Program-made: the position numbers and the translations under genes
In this document: one piece after another, positions 24,523 to 32,000 of the stretch
Layout of the letters: each line of letters starts with the position of its first letter
Position numbering within the stretch: the first letter of the stretch is position 1
Source of the DNA: Telmatocola sphagniphila
GTDB taxonomy: Bacteria; Planctomycetota; Planctomycetia; Gemmatales; Gemmataceae
Assembly (NCBI RefSeq): GCF_018398935.1
Contig: NZ_CP074694.1
Location: forward strand, 540,001-572,000
Length of the DNA stretch: 32,000 nucleotides
Direction of reading: 5' to 3'
Notes under the pieces: model-generated
What the model was told of the DNA's origin: nothing
The model's input: the letters and a program-made list of their open reading frames with translations, nothing else
Databases searched by the model: none

Positions 24523-25983
24523 TTATTTGGATCGCAAAATCTTGTTCATATTCTGCTTATAAGCTTCGACACCCGGTTGGCCATAAGGATTAATATTCAT
24601 CAACCGCCCCTCAATGACCGTTGCCAGCATCAGCATCTGCATCAGTTGCCCCAAAGCATGCTCGTTAATAGCAGGCAAGGTAATATCCGAAGAAGGTCGG
24701 GCAGAGTCCGCATATGCCTGCATAGTGCCCTTATAAGCGGCATCCAGAACATCGGGCATTGTTTTGCGGGAAATCCCGTTTAAATCATCCTGATTATTGT
24801 CGGCCATGCCGATCTGCATCGGGACGTGGCGAACCGCGCGGATCAGAATATTGTTGATAACTTTATCCCGCGAGCCTTCCTGATGTTGTTGGCCGCGCGA
24901 GTGCAAATCTCGCGGCTGCACTACCGTCAACGGCGTGGCTCCGCGGCCCCGTTTGCCCAACGATTCAGAAAGCAGTTGATCGTACCACAAACCCACCGCT
25001 TCGAGCTTCTTTGTCCAGACGGAGAGAACTCGCACGTTCTTGCCTTTCTCCTCCGTCATCAGGTAGTTCACGGCGGCATATTGCAACACGGGATTACGTT
25101 CGAAGGGCTCTTCCAGGAATCGCTTGGTCATTGAGGCCGCACCGATCAGAAGGGCTCGGACGTCCAGACCCATCACGGCCGCGGGCAGCAGTCCGGCGGC
25201 TGTGAAAATGCTGAACCGGCCTCCCACATTTTCGGGAATCGTAAGGATCTGATCGTCCGCAAAGCCTTCGGCTTTGAGTAATTCGCGGAATTTACCGGTA
25301 GATCCTGTGATGGGGACGATGAATTTACGAATCTTATCCAGACTGTTGCCATAGTAGCGATTCAGTTCGTTTCGAATGATCCTGTAGGCCGTCGCCGTCT
25401 CCAGCGTTCCTCCTGATTTCGAGATCACAATCGTGCCCCAGCGTTCTTCGCGCAATTCCGGATCGACGCAAGTGTTCTCCAGAAGTTCGATTAAGTCCTG
25501 CAGGGAATCGTTGTCGACGGTATGGCCTTCAAAATAGATCCGAGGCTTGCCTAACCGCATCCGGGGCGGCAATTCGTTATGCTGGCCATGACAGAGCGAG
25601 TCGAACAACGCCCTCGCACCGAGGTAGGATCCTCCGATTCCCAGGAGGACTACGCGATCCACGTTGTCTCGAAGTCGGGACGCCACGGCCAGTATGCGAC
25701 TCAGTTCGCTGCTATCGCCGCGCGTGCGAAATTGTTCGAGGAGTAAGCCCGGGTAATCGATGAACCCGGAATCGAGAGGCTTGAGATGGGGCGGCGGATT
25801 CCGGATCTCCCGCTCGCCGGCCACTCGCGAGCGAATCGCTTGAAGTTGAGGTTTGAGAGCCTCCAGCCTCTCCGGAGTCAGGAAGTTGTTGGTCTGCAAC
25901 TCTCCGAGCGGAGTCCAGCTCTCCGACGTGGGGATAAGCATACCTTGATAGTTAAAGTCGATTGCTTCATCCGGGAGCTGCAT
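24523..25983 (-). CDS. pgi: Glucose-6-phosphate isomerase
   Basis: VVLLGIGGSYLGARAL, VISKSGGTLETA, GGRFSIFTAAGLLP and NPYGQPGVEAYK are PGI signatures. Confidence 0.9.
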   Translation of the reverse strand: MQLPDEAIDFNYQGMLIPTSESWTPLGELQTNNFLTPERLEALKPQLQAIRSRVAGEREIRNPPPHLKPLDSGFIDYPGLLLEQFRTRGDSSELSRILAVASRLRDNVDRVVLLGIGGSYLGARALFDSLCHGQHNELPPRMRLGKPRIYFEGHTVDNDSLQDLIELLENTCVDPELREERWGTIVISKSGGTLETATAYRIIRNELNRYYGNSLDKIRKFIVPITGSTGKFRELLKAEGFADDQILTIPENVGGRFSIFTAAGLLPAAVMGLDVRALLIGAASMTKRFLEEPFERNPVLQYAAVNYLMTEEKGKNVRVLSVWTKKLEAVGLWYDQLLSESLGKRGRGATPLTVVQPRDLHSRGQQHQEGSRDKVINNILIRAVRHVPMQIGMADNNQDDLNGISRKTMPDVLDAAYKGTMQAYADSARPSSDITLPAINEHALGQLMQMLMLATVIEGRLMNINPYGQPGVEAYKQNMNKILRSK

Positions 25984-26079
25984 TCAGAACGATCCGGGCG
26001 ACAGGGTGCCCGCTAGACGCGGATTTCATATACGTTTGAGAATACGATATCTGATCTTTTTAGAGAGTAAACTCCCCCG

Positions 26080-27285
26080 ATGAACATTCACGAATTGATT
26101 GGCGAACTCCGCGAAGACAATAAGAGCAAGATTGTCCTGCTGGTGGCCGATGGTTTAGGCGGCCTACCGCTTACCCCTGGCGGAAAAACGGAACTGGAGA
26201 CCGCCCGGACGCCGAACCTCGATAAAGCGGCCGCAGAAGGGGTTACGGGATTGAGCATACCGGTGCTCCCCGGAATTACCCCCGGTAGCGGACCGGGCCA
26301 TCTTGGTCTTTTTGGTTACGATCCGCTGCAATATCGGATCGGCCGGGGTATTCTCGAAGCGCTCGGCATTAATTTTCACGTCACGGACAAGGACGTCGCG
26401 GTCCGCGGAAACTTTTGCACTCTGGACGCCAGCGGCAAAATTTCCGATCGCCGGGCGGGTCGGCCGACTACCGAGCGTTGCGTGGCCATGGTCGAAAAAA
26501 TGCGATCGGTAAAAATTCCGGGCGTGGAAATTTTCGTCGAGCCCGTGAAAGAGCATCGTTTTGTCGTCGTTTTCCGAGGGGAAAATCTGGGTGATGCCGT
26601 AAACGATACCGATCCTCAAGCGATTGGCGTTGCACCCCTACTGGCGCACGGAAAGGACGAAGCTTCTAAAAAGACCGCCGAGTTCGTCAACCAGTTCGTT
26701 ACGGCAGTCGGGAAAGTCCTGGCAAGCGATGTACCGACCAACGGTGTGACTCTGCGAGGATTCGCCCGTTATCCCAAAATCGGAACCATGCAGGAAATAT
26801 ACGGGTTGAAGAGTGCGGCCATTGCAGTCTACCCGATGTACAAGGGGCTGGCTCGCCTGGTCGGAATGGATATTCTGGATGCGGGTAGCACTCTGAATGA
26901 TCAGATCACCACCCTGAAGAAAGTATGGAACGATTACAGCTTCTTCTTCCTGCACTACAAGTATACCGACAGCACCGGAGAAGACGGGAATTTCCCGGCC
27001 AAAGTGGATATGATCGAAAAGTTGGATGCGGCGGTCCCCGGAATTCTCGAGTTGAATCCGGATGTCTTCATCGTGACGGGGGACCACAGCACTCCCAGCA
27101 AACTGAAGAGCCATAGCTGGCATCCGGTGCCGACGCTGATTCGAGCCGCATCAGCGAGAACCGATGCAGTGACTCGCTTTAGCGAAAGCACTTGCCTGCA
27201 AGGAGGTTTGGGTCAGTTTCAGGCCATGCACTTGATGCTCATGGCCATGGCTCATGCCGGGCGACTAGGCAAATACGGGGCTTAA
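26080..27285 (+). CDS. apgM: Cofactor-independent phosphoglycerate mutase, archaeal-type (ApgM family)
   Basis: IVLLVADGLGG, TPNLD, FLHYKYTDSTGEDG and VTGDHSTP are metalloenzyme/PhosphMutase-domain blocks of the ApgM family. Confidence 0.85.
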   Translation: MNIHELIGELREDNKSKIVLLVADGLGGLPLTPGGKTELETARTPNLDKAAAEGVTGLSIPVLPGITPGSGPGHLGLFGYDPLQYRIGRGILEALGINFHVTDKDVAVRGNFCTLDASGKISDRRAGRPTTERCVAMVEKMRSVKIPGVEIFVEPVKEHRFVVVFRGENLGDAVNDTDPQAIGVAPLLAHGKDEASKKTAEFVNQFVTAVGKVLASDVPTNGVTLRGFARYPKIGTMQEIYGLKSAAIAVYPMYKGLARLVGMDILDAGSTLNDQITTLKKVWNDYSFFFLHYKYTDSTGEDGNFPAKVDMIEKLDAAVPGILELNPDVFIVTGDHSTPSKLKSHSWHPVPTLIRAASARTDAVTRFSESTCLQGGLGQFQAMHLMLMAMAHAGRLGKYGA

Positions 27286-27291
27286 GTCCAC

Positions 27292-27317
27292 TGCGACCCG
27301 GAAACCTCCGGGTCGCA
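27292..27317. terminator. 11-bp hairpin TGCGACCCGGA-aacc-TCCGGGTCGCA between convergent apgM and rseP
   Basis: Perfect GC-rich inverted repeat read directly. Only a weak T-rich tail (TCTTCGCT) follows on the + strand. It probably acts as a bidirectional terminator. Confidence 0.5.
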
Positions 27318-27326
27318 TCTTCGCTA

Positions 27327-29561
27327 CTAGAAGAACAGTCTTCGCACATCCAGGAACAGCACGAACGCCATTAAAGACAGGATGAGTATCAATCCTGCGT
27401 AGAGTGTGAGTTCCAGCACCTTTTCGTTGGCCGGTTTGCCGCGCAGCTTCTCGTAAATCAAAAAGACCATGTGCCCGCCATCCAGCACAGGGATCGGCAG
27501 GAAGTTCACAACAGCCAGATTCACATTGATCAAGCCGATGAAAAGTATGAACTGCCAGATATCTTCGCCGGCGATATCGTACGAGAAGGAGGCGATGGTC
27601 AGTGGCCCGCTCATGGTCATGGCGGAAATTCGGCCGAACAGCATCGCATAGAGATTCTGGTAAATCACCCGAATCATGCGCAACGTTCTGTGGCCCGCTT
27701 TCTGGAATGCTTCTCCGATGTTTTCCGCTTTGTTAATGGCCAATTCGGATTCGAAAAGGAAGCCTCGGTCCACTCGCGGCCAGGTTTTATCTTCTACCGC
27801 CGTGAAAGCGACGATGGTCGGTTCGGCGTTGCCGCGTTGGATCTTCAGTTCAAAATTATGCGTCGGCAGCGATTGCATGGCTTCGAAGAAATAGCCCCAC
27901 TGATTGGCGGCAATCGGCAACCAACTCTCCAATTTTTTGTCTTCCTTGTTTTCGTACTTCGGCTTGATCTCCTTGATCACATCGCCCGCTTTGATTCCGG
28001 CCTGATCGGCCGGTGAGTTTGGTTCCACGGCTTCCACGATCGGCTCGATCGTATAGCAAAGTCCGAGCGCGGGAATGGATAAAGGGGATTTGGCATTTAA
28101 CATCAATTCCCGATAGTACTGGGCATTTCTATCCCATTTCAGCTCGAATTGAATCTGGGTCGGGGCATGCTCCACCGAACGAAGAACCGTCATCAGAAGT
28201 TTATCTGACTTGGGATTGCGAATCGCCCAGGCGTCGAGATCCTCGGGCAAGCGAGATGGATCGAGAGCTTTGATCCCCGCCACTTTGGGGTCGAAATTGC
28301 TGGTGATAATCGTGTAGGATCCATCTGACTCCGGCAGCTTCAGTTCGACGATCTTATCCCCCGAGTCGGCAGCGCCGGGGGTCAGTTCCTTCAATCCTTT
28401 TGCTTCCTTATTTGCCTGCACCGGGGTAGCTTCCGCGGCGGCTGAATTGTTTCGAATCCCGCTGATCCGGCCGATTTGCATTCGCACCCCGAAAGTCTGC
28501 GTGTACTGCGGCGGTACGGTGATGCTCACTTTTTCGCCGTTGGAGCGAAGTACTTTCACCTTCAATTCGGAGCCGCGCTGGGATTGCAGCTGATTGTAGA
28601 AAGTCTGGAATTTGTTCTGATAGTTGGCGAGTTCTTCTGGAGTCGAAGTGAGATCAATCGCTTTGCCGGCGGCATCCTCGATCTCGATGAACTGATCGCC
28701 CTGTTCGAAGGCCGGTTGCGCATTTGCGGCGGCGGACATCTCGCGCACGGGCTTGGTCGAAGCACGGTGGCTCTTGAACAAGGAAAGTGAATTTCCGGGA
28801 GTGACCCCGATCACGGGGTAGGGGGGTTCATCGCTTCGAATCGGTTCCAGATTCACTTCGGTGAGCGTCCCATCGGGAGATTCCAGCTTGAACGGAACAA
28901 TTTCCCCCTTGCGGGTGCTCATGATGATGGGTTTAATGTCGTCGAACATCGGGGAGGTCAGATTGCCGATGGAGCGAATCCGCATATCCGAATGGATGTT
29001 GCTGCGCCAGGCGGGTGAGCCCGCTTCCACGGCTCCAATTATCGGTGCCCGTTCTTTCACGCCATTGCTGTAAGCGATCAGGAAGCAGACCAAGGCCAGG
29101 AGCAAGTTCATCACTACTCCGGAAGAAATGATGATCATCCGGCTGCCGACGGATTTATTCTTGAAAGATCGCGGGTCCTCCTCCGCATCTTCCGAATCGA
29201 CGTTATCCCCTTCGCCGAGCATCTTTACGTAGCCGCCCAGAGGAATCCAGCCGATCTTATACAAGGTCTCACCATAACGGAATCGGCACCCGGGAATCGG
29301 TTCCCCGAAACCAATACTAAACGTTTCGACGCGAACGCCGCACAACTTGGCGGCGAGGAAGTGACCGAGCTCGTGAATGAAAATGACGAGGCCAAGGCCG
29401 ATCGCTACTTTGCCGACATCGGGAATGCTCAGCTGTTTGTAGATGATGAATGCAAAGATAGCAATCACAAACAGAAACGGCATGGCTCGGCCCAGTTTGG
29501 AGGGCTCGGCCGCTTTCGCATCGTTTTCGGGATTGTCGGGTTGTTTAACAGTATCGCTCAT
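27327..29561 (-). CDS. rseP: RIP (site-2) metalloprotease RseP, M50 family, with an expanded PDZ-containing periplasmic region
   Basis: HELGHFLAA (HExxH) lies in the first membrane segment and NFLPIPVLDGGH near the C-terminus. PDZ-like GAVEAGSPAW and PNSPADQAGIKAGDVIKEI lie in between. Conserved dxr-rseP adjacency supports the call. Confidence 0.85.
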   Translation of the reverse strand: MSDTVKQPDNPENDAKAAEPSKLGRAMPFLFVIAIFAFIIYKQLSIPDVGKVAIGLGLVIFIHELGHFLAAKLCGVRVETFSIGFGEPIPGCRFRYGETLYKIGWIPLGGYVKMLGEGDNVDSEDAEEDPRSFKNKSVGSRMIIISSGVVMNLLLALVCFLIAYSNGVKERAPIIGAVEAGSPAWRSNIHSDMRIRSIGNLTSPMFDDIKPIIMSTRKGEIVPFKLESPDGTLTEVNLEPIRSDEPPYPVIGVTPGNSLSLFKSHRASTKPVREMSAAANAQPAFEQGDQFIEIEDAAGKAIDLTSTPEELANYQNKFQTFYNQLQSQRGSELKVKVLRSNGEKVSITVPPQYTQTFGVRMQIGRISGIRNNSAAAEATPVQANKEAKGLKELTPGAADSGDKIVELKLPESDGSYTIITSNFDPKVAGIKALDPSRLPEDLDAWAIRNPKSDKLLMTVLRSVEHAPTQIQFELKWDRNAQYYRELMLNAKSPLSIPALGLCYTIEPIVEAVEPNSPADQAGIKAGDVIKEIKPKYENKEDKKLESWLPIAANQWGYFFEAMQSLPTHNFELKIQRGNAEPTIVAFTAVEDKTWPRVDRGFLFESELAINKAENIGEAFQKAGHRTLRMIRVIYQNLYAMLFGRISAMTMSGPLTIASFSYDIAGEDIWQFILFIGLINVNLAVVNFLPIPVLDGGHMVFLIYEKLRGKPANEKVLELTLYAGLILILSLMAFVLFLDVRRLFF

Positions 29562-29585
29562 TGAGTTATATTATCCATTTCTCGC

Positions 29586-30671
29586 TTATGACCATTGCTC
29601 GACTTCCTGCCTCGCCCAGCGGTCCGCGGCGAGTAGTTCTTCCAAATTCGGAGTGCTTAAGAAGTTATGGGCCTCCAGCACTTTTTGACAAGCAGAAGCT
29701 ATATCCAGAAATCTCAGAGTCCCATTAAGAAAACGTTCCACGGCCGCTTCATTCGCTGCGTTCAACACTGCCCCGGTGGTGCCTCCCTCTTCGAGCACTC
29801 GGCGTGCCAGTTTCGGAGCCGGGAAGGCCTCGAAATCCGGTTGGGAAAAATTCAGACACTTCAAGGTCTGCCAGTTCAGACGTTTCGCCGGACCGGCCGG
29901 TCGCTCCGGATGGAAGAGGGCGTATTGGATCGGCAGTCGCATGTCCGGCGGTGAGAGTTGGGCCATAACGGACCCATCTCGATATTCGACGAACGAGTGC
30001 ACTATGGATTCCGGATGCAAAATCATATCGATCTGCTCGGCCTTCAGATCGAATAGCCATTTGGCTTCGATCATTTCAAGAGCCTTGTTCATGAGAGTGG
30101 CCGAGTCGATCGTGATCTTTCGTCCCATTCTCCAGGTCGGATGATTCAGAGCGTCTTCCACGCTCACCGAGGATAACTCATTTCGGTGTCTGCCTCGAAA
30201 CGGCCCGCCACTGGCAGTCAGAACCACCCTTTCGATATCCCTGGTGCGATTTCCCTGGATCGCCTGAAAGATCGCACTATGTTCGCTGTCGATCGGCAGG
30301 AGCTTTGCACCGCTCTTTTGAAGGGTTCGAACGGCCAGATCTCCGGCCACGACTAATGATTCCTTATTGGCCAGGGCGACGGTCTTTCCCGCTTCCAGGG
30401 CCGCCAGGGTACTTCTGAGCCCCGCCGAGCCGACTATGGCGTTTACTACTAGATCGACTTCCGGCCGCTGCAGGCGATCAACTAGGCCCTCTAGCTGGTC
30501 TCCGGTGCCGTGCCAGGCCGGTTGCCAACGCTCGACCTGTTGCTGGAGGAGTTCCCGGTTACGGTGCCCGGTCAGTCCGATTACTCGAAATTGATCCGGG
30601 AACGCGGCCAGCACATCCAGGGTATTCACCCCGATTGAGCCGGTGGAGCCGAGAATAACGATGCCCTTCAT
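29586..30671 (-). CDS. dxr: 1-deoxy-D-xylulose 5-phosphate reductoisomerase
   Basis: MKGIVILGSTGSIGVNTLDV, LANKESLV, DSEHSAIFQ and NAANEAAV are Dxr motifs. The track ORF begins 24 codons further upstream (30743) with no homology, so ATG at 30671 is preferred. Confidence 0.9.
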   Translation of the reverse strand: MKGIVILGSTGSIGVNTLDVLAAFPDQFRVIGLTGHRNRELLQQQVERWQPAWHGTGDQLEGLVDRLQRPEVDLVVNAIVGSAGLRSTLAALEAGKTVALANKESLVVAGDLAVRTLQKSGAKLLPIDSEHSAIFQAIQGNRTRDIERVVLTASGGPFRGRHRNELSSVSVEDALNHPTWRMGRKITIDSATLMNKALEMIEAKWLFDLKAEQIDMILHPESIVHSFVEYRDGSVMAQLSPPDMRLPIQYALFHPERPAGPAKRLNWQTLKCLNFSQPDFEAFPAPKLARRVLEEGGTTGAVLNAANEAAVERFLNGTLRFLDIASACQKVLEAHNFLSTPNLEELLAADRWARQEVEQWS

Positions 30672-30743
30672 AATGGCAATTCGCTCATAACAATAAGAAC
30701 TTGAGATATTTATAGTGCGAGAGAACGCGATAGAGAGGCTCAA

Positions 30744-30767
30744 TAAAAAAAGCCCGCCGAAGCGGGC
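30744..30767 (-). terminator. Rho-independent terminator downstream of the kinase-like gene
   Basis: On the minus strand AGCCCGC-TTCG-GCGGGCT (7-bp stem with a UUCG tetraloop) is followed by TTTTTTTATT. Confidence 0.8.
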
Positions 30768-30787
30768 TCATTATTTGTCTGGGTTAA

Positions 30788-32000
30788 TCAGGTCTTTGGT
30801 AGGAAGTTTTTGCCCATGTAAAGAACTAGCAGTGCAACCGCTGCTGCAATGCCCAACACTAACAAAACTCCCAGAATGCTGAATTTCCTCGGCTCTTCTG
30901 GTACCCAACCCGGGGTGGTGTTGTAATGCGAATCTCGTGCCGAGGGTGGACGGCTGGTGTTGAAACTCGAACCGGGATGGAATCCGGCGTTAGAACCGGT
31001 GTTGACCGCCGGTAAACCAGCGTTGCTGCCATATCCGACGGGGTTCGCTACCGGGGCCGGCGTGGGAGCCCGCATTCCGGAAGGCGGCGGGTTCGGCGTC
31101 CGCATATCGGGGGAAGTCGCACCCCAGCTTTGCTTGGCCCCCGGATTGTGCGGAGAGGCCGGACTGGCGGTTGGAATCGCCGTTCCCATGTGACTCTTGG
31201 GCCCACTGGTGGCGACTTCCGGGATGCTCGGCATGGAAGACCGGGAGTTTCGGGAATCGTACTGCGCACGCGGGGCGTTATAGCTGTTCGAACGACGCGG
31301 CAGAGCCGTTTCGTTGGCGAAGGGCTGAAGGCTCTCCACGATTTCATCCGCATCGCCGAATCGCGATTCGGGTGCCTTTTGCATCAGCTTTTCGACTACG
31401 TCCACCACAGGTTGCGGGACGGTGTTATCGATGGTGTGGATGGAAGGTGGCTGTTTGAATTGATGAGCCATCATCTTCTCAACCGCGGTACCATCCGGGA
31501 ACGGATACTGGCCCGCCAAGCAATAGTACAGTACACAACCGAGGCTGTACTGGTCGCCCGCCGGCGTCCGGTTGGTCGGTTCCATGATGCTTTCCGGGCT
31601 GCAGCAATCCAAGCCGCTGGTCAGGGTGTTGGCGGTCGACATGGTGTCGACAAGCGATTCCCCTTCATTTTCCACCAGCAACGAACCGATGCCGAAGTCC
31701 AGAACGCGGGCCTGACCATCTCGGCCAATCATAATATTCGAAGGTTTCAGCAAGCCGTGGAAGATGCCGTTCTGATGGCAGACGGCAAGACCCTGAGCCA
31801 CCTGGAGGCCTACCTGGGCGGCCTGTCCTGGCGTCAGTTTGCCTTCGCGGGCAATCTTCGCTTCCAGAGTTTCCCCTTCAACCAGGGGCCAGGCCAAATA
31901 ATGCTGGCCACCGGAAGTTCCCACATCGACGAAAGGAACGACTGCCGGGTGATTGACCTGACTGAAGGCTCGGACCTGTCGTCGAGCCAGACGCACGTTC
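30788..32000 (-). CDS. Hanks-type Ser/Thr protein kinase homologue (N-terminus outside the window), catalytic-loop HRD replaced by HGL, Pro/Gly/Ser-rich linker and C-terminal transmembrane anchor
   Basis: The frame is open to the right edge. Kinase subdomains are visible: HGLLKPSNIMI (catalytic loop), VLDFGIG (DFG), SPES (APE-like) and DQYSLGCVLYYCLAG. The tail is low-complexity and Pro-rich, followed by FSILGVLLVLGIAAAVALLVLYMG. Confidence 0.8.
   Translation of the reverse strand, partial: NVRLARRQVRAFSQVNHPAVVPFVDVGTSGGQHYLAWPLVEGETLEAKIAREGKLTPGQAAQVGLQVAQGLAVCHQNGIFHGLLKPSNIMIGRDGQARVLDFGIGSLLVENEGESLVDTMSTANTLTSGLDCCSPESIMEPTNRTPAGDQYSLGCVLYYCLAGQYPFPDGTAVEKMMAHQFKQPPSIHTIDNTVPQPVVDVVEKLMQKAPESRFGDADEIVESLQPFANETALPRRSNSYNAPRAQYDSRNSRSSMPSIPEVATSGPKSHMGTAIPTASPASPHNPGAKQSWGATSPDMRTPNPPPSGMRAPTPAPVANPVGYGSNAGLPAVNTGSNAGFHPGSSFNTSRPPSARDSHYNTTPGWVPEEPRKFSILGVLLVLGIAAAVALLVLYMGKNFLPKT

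Noticed and set aside
24523-27285. Divergent pgi and apgM, together with the nearby ROK kinase and glycerate kinase, considered as a 'glycolytic island'.
   Set aside because: These are ordinary central-metabolism genes. Archaeal-type iPGM occurs in many bacteria, and the sequence shows nothing unusual.
27327-30671. The dxr-rseP adjacency considered as a system.
   Set aside because: This synteny is well known and widely conserved among bacteria.
30672-30743. A 24-codon extension of dxr (MSLSIAFSRTINISSSYCYERIAI).
   Set aside because: It is AT-rich and non-homologous. The conserved GSTGSIG NADPH-binding motif follows immediately after the ATG at 30671.
30900-31300. A repetitive-looking GC-rich stretch (quasi-repeats encoding SNAGLPAVNTGSNAGFHPGSS and PxPxP runs).
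   Set aside because: It is the low-complexity Pro/Gly/Ser linker of the kinase-like protein, in frame. It is not a DNA repeat array or CRISPR.
1-32000. A search by eye for CRISPR arrays, long tandem repeats, toxin-antitoxin pairs, phage genes and defence-system signatures (nucleases, STAND/AAA ATPases, TIR, Sir2 and similar).
   Set aside because: None were seen. All large ORFs are accounted for by housekeeping, envelope or unknown membrane proteins. Small (<60 aa) ORFs were not examined exhaustively.

Overview
This is a chromosomal window of mostly housekeeping genes: about 30 protein-coding genes, 4 tRNA genes and several clear hairpin terminators. The gene content looks like Planctomycetota: a GT39/ArnT-like glycosyltransferase, an FGE/SUMF1-domain protein, a 744-aa RseP, a Hanks-type kinase with a Pro-rich tail, an archaeal-type iPGM and a DUF885 protein. 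That taxonomic call is inference only and was not checked against any database.

Gene order, left to right:
- Squalene-cyclase-repeat protein (partial, minus strand, missing from the ORF track).
- larC, then a DUF885 protein and a small hypothetical gene.
- A packed tRNA trio, Arg(GCG)-CAT-Gly(GCC), facing tRNA-Leu(TAA).
- MOFRL-type glycerate kinase and ubiX.
- An AT-rich insert (about 7.1-8.7 kb) carrying a secreted FGE-domain protein and an 89-aa copy of the neighbouring gene's N-terminus.
- A 603-aa secreted CPPC (thioredoxin-like) protein, a DJ-1/PfpI protein, bamA and a BNR/Asp-box sialidase-like protein.
- A Ddl-like ATP-grasp gene tightly followed by a YkgJ/DUF3109-like Cys-cluster protein, abutted by a convergent M20 deacylase.
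- A stand-alone proline-rich secreted mini-protein convergent with a GT39/PMT-like glycosyltransferase.
- ROK kinase, a polytopic membrane protein and yceI.
- A pgi / membrane protein / SAM-methyltransferase operon, then apgM.
- rseP and dxr, then a Ser/Thr-kinase-like gene whose HRD motif reads HGL.

I found no CRISPR array, transposase, integrase or recognisable defence or secretion system. The findings below are modest, locally supported oddities. They are not a demonstrated new system.
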